A stretch of DNA of 32,000 nt from positions 3,242,411-3,274,410 of the forward strand of contig NC_020409.1 in NCBI RefSeq assembly GCF_000341895.1. The letters are read 5' to 3'. This stretch comes from Pseudodesulfovibrio piezophilus C1TLV30. Lineage in GTDB: Bacteria; Desulfobacterota; Desulfovibrionia; Desulfovibrionales; Desulfovibrionaceae. The notes under the pieces were generated by a model that was not told where the DNA came from, made no database searches, and worked only from the letters and a program-made list of their open reading frames with translations. This document shows positions 16,348-24,968 of the stretch, one piece after another (position 1 is the stretch's first letter; every line of letters begins with the position of its first letter). Both the position numbers and the translations under genes were made by a program.

Positions 16348-18147
16348 TTAATAAAACATCATCAGCGCTGTGATCATGACTACCATGTAAATGACCGTCA
16401 TACCAGCGCCACTGCGGACGTAGTCAATGGTCCGGTACCCTCCTGGGCGCATGATCAATGCGTTGACCTGGTGAGTGGGCAGTACAAACGTATTCGAAGC
16501 TGCCACAGCGACCGTCAGGGCCGCTACACGAGGATCAACACCTGCGTTGAGAGCCATGTTCATTGACAGTGGAACCAGCAGGACGGTGGCACCGACATTG
16601 GAAGCCACCAAAGTGAAGAAGGATGTCAGGATACCGATGACTGTGAGCAGGACGACTGCGGATGGTGTGCCAAGTGCAGCCATGATGGTGTCGGCTATAT
16701 ACTTTGCCGCGCCGGTATTCTCAAAGGCCATACCCAGAGGAATGAGTCCTCCAAGCAGGAAAACAGTCATCCAGTCAACTGACTGGTAAGCTTCATCAAT
16801 GGTCAGGACTTTTGTCAGAACCATACCCAAGGCTCCTGTGAGGAGTGCGATGGAGAGCTGAACATGGAAGCCCAGAATCATGACAAGGGAAACAGCCAGC
16901 CACATCAAGGCTACTTTTGCCTTATCCGTTCGTAACAGTTCCCCTTTGACGCCTTCGGTAAAGACGAGGTCGGGCAAGCCTTTGAGCATGTGAAAGACTT
17001 CCCAACGTCCATGCAGGAGCAGGGCGTCACCCGACTCAAGTATGATATCACTCAGCCCACTGATAAAAATCTTGTCTCCACGGAAAATAGCCAATGGCGA
17101 AACCTGGAAACGTTCCCTGATGCGCATATCGGCAAATGTGGTTCCCATGAATTCGGACCGAGGGGTGACAAGACCTTCCATGATACCCGCATTGTTCGGA
17201 GACAATTCCTCGGCAAAGGTGGAGAGTTCAACTTGCAATGTCCAGTTCAGGTCATCAGCCATGTGTTCGACAAATTCCTGCGGACCAACGACAACGAGGT
17301 GGTCGCCGGGGCGAACCTCTTCCTGTGGTGTCGGGGCAAAGATGTGCGTCTTGCCTCCGTCTCGGGCAATGGCGACCAATGTGCAGAAATAGATGGGGCG
17401 AAGATCCAGGGATTTCAATGACTGATCTGATTCCCAGTCCTCCGGCACATGCAGCTCGAAAAGAGAGCCGACATTATTGTAGGTGTTAGAAAGAACGGTC
17501 GACATGGGGCCGGAGTTCTCTTCATCAGCCCTGGTAGGCAAAATGAATCTGCCGAAAAGGATGAAGTAGACAAGGGCCGCTGCTATCAGCAACAGCCCAA
17601 CGGGGGTGACGCTGAATAGCCCGAATGATTCATATTTGGTGCCACCTACAACCATCAGGTCATTGAGAAGAATCAAAGGGCTGGAACCGACAAGGGTCAA
17701 ACAGCCTCCGATGATGGCGCAGAAACCCATGGGCATGAGCAGGCGACCCACGGGGACTCCTGTCTGGTTGCCGATCCGTTTTGCAGCGGGCAAAAAGAGT
17801 GCTGCTGCGCCAATATTCTGCATGAAGCCGGATATGAAAGCCACGGTTCCTGATATGAGAGTCATAATGCGCGATTCGCTTTTTCCGGCGAAGCGCAAAA
17901 TTATTCGGGCCATGGAATTCATGACGCCAGTCTTGTCCAGACCGGCGCCAATGATGATAACTGCTATGATGGAAACAACGGCATTACTGCTCAGTCCGCT
18001 GATGGCTTGTTGAGGGGTTACCAGGCCAAGAAGAGGAAGAAGTACCATCATGATGATACCGACTACGTCGACTCGAACCCATTCGAAGATGAAAAGAAGT
18101 ACAGCAAAAGCGAGTACGGCCATAACCGTAATGATCTCAGGGGTCAT
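16348..18147 (-). CDS. SLC13/DASS-family anion permease with two central TrkA-C (RCK_C) domains
   Basis: Two hydrophobic halves flank two soluble repeats of ~70 aa (…RPGDHLVVVGPQEFVEHM and …ESGDALLLHGRWEVFHML), typical of TrkA-C inserts in YbiR/CitT-like permeases. Confidence 0.8.
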   Translation of the reverse strand: MTPEIITVMAVLAFAVLLFIFEWVRVDVVGIIMMVLLPLLGLVTPQQAISGLSSNAVVSIIAVIIIGAGLDKTGVMNSMARIILRFAGKSESRIMTLISGTVAFISGFMQNIGAAALFLPAAKRIGNQTGVPVGRLLMPMGFCAIIGGCLTLVGSSPLILLNDLMVVGGTKYESFGLFSVTPVGLLLIAAALVYFILFGRFILPTRADEENSGPMSTVLSNTYNNVGSLFELHVPEDWESDQSLKSLDLRPIYFCTLVAIARDGGKTHIFAPTPQEEVRPGDHLVVVGPQEFVEHMADDLNWTLQVELSTFAEELSPNNAGIMEGLVTPRSEFMGTTFADMRIRERFQVSPLAIFRGDKIFISGLSDIILESGDALLLHGRWEVFHMLKGLPDLVFTEGVKGELLRTDKAKVALMWLAVSLVMILGFHVQLSIALLTGALGMVLTKVLTIDEAYQSVDWMTVFLLGGLIPLGMAFENTGAAKYIADTIMAALGTPSAVVLLTVIGILTSFFTLVASNVGATVLLVPLSMNMALNAGVDPRVAALTVAVAASNTFVLPTHQVNALIMRPGGYRTIDYVRSGAGMTVIYMVVMITALMMFY

Positions 18148-18193
18148 GTGAAGTCCTTGGGAATCGTGAAATTCAATCGTTGCGGGTTACGTG

Positions 18194-18790
18194 CTATTTT
18201 GCCCGCAATGTTGCCCGGGTGTATACGGGGATAGTCGTCTTGTTTTTGCATATGACAACGGAATCATCCATTACGTATCTGAATTGAGGGTCAGTCTTGT
18301 GCATTTGGCTGACGACGGAATCCTCGTCTCCCTGGCGGACTTCATGCTCAAAGGCGAGGCCTGCATTGGATGCCATTGTCGAAAAATTCGCGATGTTGCG
18401 TTCCGCCTGGGCGCGGAATCCGGCAAAGTCGCGACCGGTTTCATCGAGGTTGAGGGCGACCAGTGAAGTACGGGTTTTCTTGGCCATGGTGATAGCATAG
18501 TCTGCGATTCCTTGTGAAAAGGAGTTTCCTTTGCAGACAATGAGTATCTTGCATTGTTCTTGTTCACACTGACAGGGGTCTTGCATGGGGGGGATGTCGG
18601 TAGCAGCCGCTTCACGGGTGCGTGAAAATCTCTTGAAAAAAGCCTTCATCGAAGATCCTCCGGATGTTTCCATAAGGTGGTGTTCACGACAGACTACCCA
18701 TGCGCCAACGTGACAGGTGTTGCAGTTTGTGTCGGCCATGGTTTTATAATGCCTGTCCACTAAACTTTTCATACTCTTGAAGAGAGCCAT
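18194..18790 (-). CDS. Hypothetical protein with a Cys/His-rich N-terminus and a USP-like (adenine nucleotide alpha-hydrolase-like) C-terminal domain
   Basis: Strong RBS (AAGGAGTGAAAC-ATG). KILIVCKGNSFSQGIADYAITMAKK...LVALNL resembles a universal-stress-protein fold. It lies 46 nt upstream of the SLC13 gene and is probably co-transcribed with it. Confidence 0.5.
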   Translation of the reverse strand: MALFKSMKSLVDRHYKTMADTNCNTCHVGAWVVCREHHLMETSGGSSMKAFFKRFSRTREAAATDIPPMQDPCQCEQEQCKILIVCKGNSFSQGIADYAITMAKKTRTSLVALNLDETGRDFAGFRAQAERNIANFSTMASNAGLAFEHEVRQGDEDSVVSQMHKTDPQFRYVMDDSVVICKNKTTIPVYTRATLRAK

Positions 18791-19242
18791 GTTTCACTCC
18801 TTGTCTAACGTTTCGAGGGTACGGATCTGCCTCTCAATCGCTTGGATAAGATCAAAACACATGCCAAAATTATTTTTCTGTATAACTAGCTGATATTACT
18901 CATTAAGAGTTTTTTTGCCACTTTTCCTGGAATTTAATGCGATGCAACTTGCAACGATTCTATTTAGAAAAAAAGTTACATTGCTTGGTAAGAGGGCGTT
19001 TATGGGAAAAATGTATGATTCATAATGCAACGTTTTTTGGTCCAAAACCAAAAGGGTTCATCCTGACTCTGAGTCCGAGCTGAAAAAAAGTTTATAGGGC
19101 TTATATTGGTAACCAGAATAACAGGCAGTAAAAATTGCATTATCAGGTGGTTGTGTGCGTTTTTTCACAAATGTTACCCCTTCTGAGGAACTCTTTTGCC
19201 AATGGTTGGGCCAAAGTGAACCTGTTGTTGCGAATTGCAATC

Positions 19243-19271
19243 TTAACAAGCCTTTTACTGCATGATATATA
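19243..19271 (+). promoter_or_regulatory. Possible sigma-70 promoter TTAACA-N17-TATATA upstream of the REC-Lon gene
   Basis: Hexamer match and 17-nt spacing, counted by hand, ~90 nt upstream of ATG 19360. Confidence 0.3.
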
Positions 19272-19359
19272 ATGATTATAGACATGTGCGATTTTTTACG
19301 GCATGCCTGGACTCTGGTCCCTCATCTTTGAATGTGACGACAACGGGAGGATTACGCCC

Positions 19360-21435
19360 ATGAGTTGGTTTGGAATAGGGAAAAAAACAGTGCCCGAAAC
19401 GGTGACTCCTGAATCGGTTGCAACACCGACACCTCCCCCCTCTTTCCCGGTTTCGTCACACCATAGGGAACTCCGTGACAGAATCGAATCAGCGGGATTG
19501 CCAGACGAGATTCTCGACGCTGCCCGATCCGAATTTGAACGTGCTGACAGCATTGATCCCTCTTCGCCGGAATATGCCATCGGTTTGAATTATCTTGATT
19601 TTATTCTTTCCCTCCCCTGGAAAGAACGGACCAAGGATGATCTCGATATTCATCGGGCTGATGAAGTCCTGAATGCACGGCATTTTGGGTTACGGCAAGT
19701 CAAGGATCGGATTTTGGAATTTCTCGCGGTAAAAAACCTTCGAGGCCGCTATTCCCCACGTATTCTGCTGGTTGATGACGAAGCCATCGCACGGGAAAAT
19801 CTGTCAATCGTCTTTGAAATGGACGGGTTTGATGTTGTTGCCGTTGGCAACGGTCTTGAGGCAGTGGCTGCCATGGAAGAGGAGCCTGCCGATGTCGTGG
19901 TATCTGATTTGAAAATGGACGGCATGGATGGGATGGAACTCTTGCAGGTCCTCAGGCAACGGTGGCCTGATACCAAAGTTGTCATGTTGACAGGGTATGC
20001 AACAGTCAAGTCGGCTGTCGAAGCCATGCAACAAGGGGCGGATCAGTACCTTGGCAAACCTGTCAATCTGACAAAACTTCGAAAATATGTGGCCGATCTG
20101 TATGAACAGAGTCTTCGTGTCGAACACTTGCGCGGTCCTGTGCTGTGTTTCTCCGGGCCTCCCGGAATGGGCAAGACCTCCATTGGGAAGGGGATAGCCG
20201 AAGCTCTGGGGAGAAAGTTCATTCGACTTTCTCTTGCTGGGTTGCATGATGAAGCTGAATTGCGCGGTCATCGGCGGACCTATGTGGGGGCCATGCCCGG
20301 TCGTATCTTGCAGGGAATTCAGAAAGCCGGGTCCATGAACCCCGTTATCATGCTGGATGAGGTGGATAAGGCGGTTCAGAATTTTCAGGGCGATGCCACG
20401 TCTGTCTTATTGGAGATGCTTGATCCCGAACAGAACAATGCCTTTGTGGATCATTATCTTGGTCTTCCCTTTGATCTTTCGGGAGCCTTGTTTCTTTGCA
20501 CGGCAAATGCCGTTGAGAGGCTTCCTGCCCCGCTTCTGGATCGGCTTGAGGTCATCCATTTCCCAAGTTACACTCGGCAGGAAAAACTCCATATAGCCAC
20601 ACAGCATTTGGTACCCGAGCAACTGCGGATGCATGGTCTGGATGAGCGCTTGGTATCCTTGACCCCGGAAGCTGTTGCCCAAATCATACGGGAATACACA
20701 CGCGAGGCCGGACTGCGTGGCTTACGGATGCAGGTGGCGTCGCTGTGCCGAAAACTGGCCAAGGAAGTTCTGGCGGATGGGGACGGGCCAAGAGTTGTGG
20801 GGCCGGAAAGAGTGCTTTTTCTTTTGGGACCACCTCCCTTTGCAACGACGGAAGCACAGGGGGCTCCGAAGGTCGGCTTGGCGACAAGTCTGGTCTGGAC
20901 TGAAAATGGTGGTGAGATCATTTTTGTGGAAGCCGCACGAATGCGTGGCAACAAGCACCTTCTGCTTACGGGATCTTTGGGAGAAGTCCTGCGGGAATCC
21001 GCGCATACCGCCTTGAGCTATATCCGCAGCCATGCGGACGAGTTTAGCATAGCGCAGGATTTCTTTGAGAGCAGCGACATTCATGTCCATATTCCCGCCG
21101 GTGCCATTTCCAAGGAAGGCCCATCGGCCGGTGTTTCCATTGCTCTGGCGTTGTTGTCTTTGCTGACAGGGCGACCTGTGCGCCAGGATGTGGCCCTGAC
21201 AGGCGAGTTGTCACTTCTTGGCGACGTTTTGCCGGTCGGTGGAGTTCGGGAAAAGCTGATGGCCGCTCAACAGGCGGGAATCGCAATGGTCATTTTGCCC
21301 AAGGGGTGTGAACGACGTTTGGAGACTATTGAGGAAGAAGTGCTGCATGAGCTTGACATTCGCCTTGTCTCAACGATGGACGAAGCTGCGGCGTTAGCTC
21401 TGTGCGATCCTCCTAGGTCAAATGATATTTCTTAA
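19360..21435 (+). CDS. Lon-family ATP-dependent protease lacking the N-terminal LON domain and carrying an inserted CheY-like receiver (REC) domain
   Basis: Lon helical segment (LPWKERT...HFGLRQVKDRILEFLAV). REC (RILLVDDE...VVVSDLKMDGMDG...VVMLTGY...YLGKP) at about nt 19759-20103. AAA+ (GPPGMGKT, VIMLDEVDK). Lon_C with catalytic Ser (KEGPSAGVS) and Lys (GGVREKLMAA). GGGAGG lies 9 nt upstream of ATG 19360; the track start at 19303 has no RBS. Confidence 0.9.
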   Translation: MSWFGIGKKTVPETVTPESVATPTPPPSFPVSSHHRELRDRIESAGLPDEILDAARSEFERADSIDPSSPEYAIGLNYLDFILSLPWKERTKDDLDIHRADEVLNARHFGLRQVKDRILEFLAVKNLRGRYSPRILLVDDEAIARENLSIVFEMDGFDVVAVGNGLEAVAAMEEEPADVVVSDLKMDGMDGMELLQVLRQRWPDTKVVMLTGYATVKSAVEAMQQGADQYLGKPVNLTKLRKYVADLYEQSLRVEHLRGPVLCFSGPPGMGKTSIGKGIAEALGRKFIRLSLAGLHDEAELRGHRRTYVGAMPGRILQGIQKAGSMNPVIMLDEVDKAVQNFQGDATSVLLEMLDPEQNNAFVDHYLGLPFDLSGALFLCTANAVERLPAPLLDRLEVIHFPSYTRQEKLHIATQHLVPEQLRMHGLDERLVSLTPEAVAQIIREYTREAGLRGLRMQVASLCRKLAKEVLADGDGPRVVGPERVLFLLGPPPFATTEAQGAPKVGLATSLVWTENGGEIIFVEAARMRGNKHLLLTGSLGEVLRESAHTALSYIRSHADEFSIAQDFFESSDIHVHIPAGAISKEGPSAGVSIALALLSLLTGRPVRQDVALTGELSLLGDVLPVGGVREKLMAAQQAGIAMVILPKGCERRLETIEEEVLHELDIRLVSTMDEAAALALCDPPRSNDIS

Positions 21436-22744
21436 TTTTTCGCCACAGGGAAACCCTGTCTATGCCAAGGATTCGTGCTGCTTGTGTCTTGTTCCCACTT
21501 GAGGCGGTCAGGACTTTTCTGATGTGTGCCTTTTCCACGTCTTCCAGTGAAGGGAGAGGGGCTTCGGCTGGCATGTTCCCTACTTCAACGGGAAGCAGGT
21601 CCGGGGTGAAGGATGGTCCCTGTCCCAGAGCCAGTGCTCGCTGGACGATATTTTCCAGCTCACGCGCATTGCCGGGAAACGGGTATCGCATCAGGATGTC
21701 CAGTGTATCTTGCGAGATGGAGTTGATGGTCTGTTCCGCGTGGCGGTGCTTTTCCAAAAAATGTCCCATAAGAATCGGAATGTCCTCGCGGTGCTCCCGT
21801 AAGGGAGGAGCCTGGACAGTAACCACATTGAGTCGATAGTAGAGATCCTGCCTGAATTCTCCCTGCTTGACCAACTCGCGCAAGTCACAGTTTGTCGCCG
21901 CAACGACTCGGATGTCCACGGGTATTTCCCGCGTGCCGCCGACTCGCAGGAAGGTTCGCTCTTGAAGTACCCGCAGGAGCTTGACCTGCATGTTCAGCGG
22001 CAGTTCTCCTATTTCATCAAAGAAGACCGTGCCGCCGTCAGCGACTTCCAGGATACCTTTTTGCCCCCGGTTAGCCCCTGTGAACGCTTCCTTTTCATGG
22101 CCGAATAATTCCTTGTCCATCAGTTCCGCGGTGAAGGTCCCGCAGTTGATAGCCATGAAACGTTCCTCTGAGCGTTGGCTGAGTTGGTGGATGCCTTGGG
22201 CGACCAGTTCCTTGCCTGTCCCGGTTTCTCCCTGGATCAGTACGTTGCAGTTCATCTGGGCCAACTGCTTTACAGTATTCTTGAGTTGAGTGAAGACATC
22301 ACTTTGTCCGACAAGGGGGAAATCACTCTTGCCCTGTGCGATGATCTTTCGAAGTCTGAGGACCTCTACGGACAGGGCATGTTGTTCCAATGCCCGCTCG
22401 ACTTGAAGACGAAGTTCATCGAGTTTCAGTGGCTTGGCGATATACGAATGGGCACCCTTCTGCATTGCCTTGACAGCATTGGCCACAGTCGCATGTCCCG
22501 TGACAACGATGACCATGGTCGAAGGGTGTTGGGCACGGGTGTGCTCCAACATTTGAATACCATCCATGCCGGGAAGCATCAGGTCGGTGATGACGAGGTC
22601 GTATTCCCGTTTTTCCAATTGTCGCAGGCCCTCTTCGGCAGAGACCAGTGCGGTGACTGTATGTCCCGCATTGGTCAGGACATGAGTCAGGTTTTCGCGT
22701 GCGATCTGTTCGTCTTCGACGACCAGAATGGATGCAGCTGTCAT
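21413..22744 (-). CDS. Sigma-54-dependent response regulator (NtrC/AtoC family: REC-AAA+-Fis HTH)
   Basis: Canonical REC (ILVVEDE, LVITDLMLPGMDG, VVTGH, YIAKP), GETGTGKELVA, GHEKEAFTGA, and C-terminal QAARILGIDRVSLWRKI. Its ATG overlaps the kinase stop (ATGA). Confidence 0.92.
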   Translation of the reverse strand: MTAASILVVEDEQIARENLTHVLTNAGHTVTALVSAEEGLRQLEKREYDLVITDLMLPGMDGIQMLEHTRAQHPSTMVIVVTGHATVANAVKAMQKGAHSYIAKPLKLDELRLQVERALEQHALSVEVLRLRKIIAQGKSDFPLVGQSDVFTQLKNTVKQLAQMNCNVLIQGETGTGKELVAQGIHQLSQRSEERFMAINCGTFTAELMDKELFGHEKEAFTGANRGQKGILEVADGGTVFFDEIGELPLNMQVKLLRVLQERTFLRVGGTREIPVDIRVVAATNCDLRELVKQGEFRQDLYYRLNVVTVQAPPLREHREDIPILMGHFLEKHRHAEQTINSISQDTLDILMRYPFPGNARELENIVQRALALGQGPSFTPDLLPVEVGNMPAEAPLPSLEDVEKAHIRKVLTASSGNKTQAARILGIDRVSLWRKIKKYHLT

Positions 22745-24153
22745 GCTGAAACCTCCTGTGAAAGCGGGAGTCTGATATAAAAGGTGGTTCCTTCGCCCGG
22801 AGTGCTCTCGGCGCGGATGGTTCCCCTGTGTTTTTCAATGATGCCATAGACGATGTAGAGGCCGAGTCCGGTTCCCTGTCCTACTTCCTTGGTCGAGAAG
22901 AATGGGTCGAAGATGCGTTGCAGTGTGTCTGCCGACATGCCTTCACCCGTGTCGGATATGGAAATGACCTCGAATCCGTCTTCCTGCCCCATCCGTATAT
23001 CAATGGAGCCTTCCTCGAGGCCAATGGCCTGGATGGCGTTGATGATCAGGTTGATGAACGCCTCCTGAAGCCGTTGTCGGTCCAGTGGCAGCGTGAGGTC
23101 TTCGGGCACACTTATGTTGAGCGCTATGCGTGGTCCGAGTTGGCTGGAGACAAGACGGGCTGCGCTCTCCAGGATCGATTTGAGTTGACAGGGGGCGGGG
23201 GAAAAGTCCTTGTGACGGGAGAATTCGAGTAACCCTTTGACTATGTCTCTGGCCCGGAGTGTTTCCTGATTGATATTTTGCATCATCTTGTCGGCGAATT
23301 CACTCTGTCCCGCAGTTTCTTCAGCCAGAATCTGTGCCGAAGTCGAAATATTATTGAGCGGGTTGTTCAACTGGTGTGCTATCCCCGAAGCAAGGGTTCC
23401 GATGGAAGAGAGTTTTTGGGCCTGAACCAGTTGCAGCTGCCGTTTCTTGAGTTCTTCAACCATGGAATTCAGCGCGACGAAGACCTGTTGGATTTCATCA
23501 TCGGTGTTTTTCACTTCAAGGGGAACAAAAGTCCCCTGAGCTATCTTGCGTGTCGCTTCCTGTACTTCTCGCAAGGGGCGCAGGATGCTTTTTATGATGA
23601 AGACGACAATCGCGCAGACCACCAGGGCAACTATCGCCATGGAAGTGATCAGGGTCATACGAAGCTTTTCATTGATGACAAGAATGCTTTCGCGTTCAAA
23701 TTCAGCAATGGCACGAGAGTGTTCCACAAGGCTCTGCCCGGTTTCCCGGAGGTTCTGGGCCTTGGGCGAGTCTCCTGTCTTATTGGGTGACGCCGCATTG
23801 AACTGGGCAAGCAGGTCGCCATATCGCTGCAATCCTTGCTTGAGGGCGGCTCCATGCTCTCCGCTTCTAGGCTTGGCAAGTTCGACGGACAGGACTTCAA
23901 GGGCTGCTGTTGCTTGTTCCAGGTACTTTGGGCCGATGGAAAAAAGAGCCGTGTTCTGGTAGAGGAAAAAGTTTTTTTCTTCACGGCGAATTTCCAGAAT
24001 CAGGTTGCGGAGGTCGTCCGCGCGTTCGACCAGTAGAACTTCCTGCTGCAGTTGATTGATATTGGAAAGGGACAGCAAGGCTATTCCCCCAAAAGCGAGA
24101 GAAAAAATTGCAATTCCAAATATGATGGTTTGTCTGAGATTCGGTTTGACCAT
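22741..24153 (-). CDS. Sensor histidine kinase (TM - ~150-aa periplasmic helical domain - TM - HAMP - HisKA - HATPase_c)
   Basis: Two TM helices, a HAMP-like segment (ILRPLREVQEATRKIAQGTF...DEIQQVFVALNSM), an H-box (ASGIAHQLNNPLNNI) and G-boxes (DTGEGM, GTGLGLYIV). Confidence 0.9.
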   Translation of the reverse strand: MVKPNLRQTIIFGIAIFSLAFGGIALLSLSNINQLQQEVLLVERADDLRNLILEIRREEKNFFLYQNTALFSIGPKYLEQATAALEVLSVELAKPRSGEHGAALKQGLQRYGDLLAQFNAASPNKTGDSPKAQNLRETGQSLVEHSRAIAEFERESILVINEKLRMTLITSMAIVALVVCAIVVFIIKSILRPLREVQEATRKIAQGTFVPLEVKNTDDEIQQVFVALNSMVEELKKRQLQLVQAQKLSSIGTLASGIAHQLNNPLNNISTSAQILAEETAGQSEFADKMMQNINQETLRARDIVKGLLEFSRHKDFSPAPCQLKSILESAARLVSSQLGPRIALNISVPEDLTLPLDRQRLQEAFINLIINAIQAIGLEEGSIDIRMGQEDGFEVISISDTGEGMSADTLQRIFDPFFSTKEVGQGTGLGLYIVYGIIEKHRGTIRAESTPGEGTTFYIRLPLSQEVSA

Positions 24154-24310
24154 GGGCGACCTCTCCCCTTTGATTTCGGGAAGGCACGAACCTATGCTTC
24201 ACAGAGAAAAAAGGCAAGGAAGTGGATTATCATCGCTCCTGTCTCGTCCCGTTCTTCTCATGGTCAGGTGTGAAGATTGGAGAGAGTGTCCGCTCAATGA
24301 GGCCCATGGC

Positions 24311-24364
24311 TGGATACGGTCACCTGCTTCGATAGGAGAGCATGGGGTGTTGTGACCGTATCCA
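24311..24364. repeat. 13-bp perfect inverted repeat TGGATACGGTCAC ... GTGACCGTATCCA with a 28-nt loop
   Basis: Arms at 24311-24323 and 24352-24364, between the TrmO-like stop and the kinase start. No flanking T-run on either strand. Confidence 0.7.
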
Positions 24365-24406
24365 GTTCATGAGGGGGAGCCGGGATGAACCCCTCAATGG
24401 GGCGGG

Positions 24407-24913
24407 TCACCCTTCGGTGAACGCGGGAGTCTGGTCGGCAAACCTGTTGTCACTGCGATGTGTCTTCGCATTGCCGGATTTGCCTTCAAACCATCCTATG
24501 CGCCTTGCGGGCCATACGTCGAAGTCGGGAACGTATGGCTTGATATCGATGACCGGGGTTTCATCCAGCACGTCGACATTCTCTACCAGCAGCGCTCCGT
24601 TGCGAACTTCCAGTAATGTCATGACAGACAGCCCTAACGGGTTTGGCCGCTTGGGTGAACGGGTCGCAAAGATACCGTGTGTGTCAGTGTCAAGAAATGG
24701 TGTGACTGTCAGGTCGTACCCGGAAACCCTGTGCAGGTGGTAGAGAACGATGATGTGTGAAAAATCTTCAAGATCGACAAGGCCTTCCCGAAATTTTTTA
24801 TGGATGGCAATGGAGCCGAACATGCCGTGCGCTCCAGAAGGCTGAATAGGCATGTCACTGAGGTCTGTGTGCATTGTTCTGAAATGTCCGATCGGAGTAT
24901 ATGCAATAGTCAT
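24407..24913 (-). CDS. TsaA/TrmO-family (YaeB, UPF0066) SAM-dependent methyltransferase-like protein
   Basis: HGIFATRSPKRPNPLGLSV and DVLDETPVIDIKPYVP match the conserved TrmO core (E. coli GVFATRS..RPNPIG and LDGTPVVDIKPY, from memory). Confidence 0.8.
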   Translation of the reverse strand: MTIAYTPIGHFRTMHTDLSDMPIQPSGAHGMFGSIAIHKKFREGLVDLEDFSHIIVLYHLHRVSGYDLTVTPFLDTDTHGIFATRSPKRPNPLGLSVMTLLEVRNGALLVENVDVLDETPVIDIKPYVPDFDVWPARRIGWFEGKSGNAKTHRSDNRFADQTPAFTEG

Positions 24914-24951
24914 ATTATCTCTCTGTGTATAAGGATTGCTTTGTTTTTTAA

Positions 24952-24968
24952 AAGCAGGAATCGTGCCC
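24952..24968 (-). promoter_or_regulatory. Candidate sigma-54 promoter GGGCAC-GATTC-CTGCTT
   Basis: The minus strand has exact GG-N10-GC spacing and the same CTGCTT -12 region as the promoter at 12775-12791. The GC lies 41 nt upstream of the TrmO-like ATG. Confidence 0.55.

Noticed and set aside
19124-19138. Sigma-54-like element AGGCAG-N-ATTGC upstream of REC-Lon
   Set aside because: GG and GC are separated by 11 nt rather than the strict 10, so it is probably not functional.
22175-22780. 201-aa plus-strand ORF
   Set aside because: It is antisense to the NtrC-type regulator.
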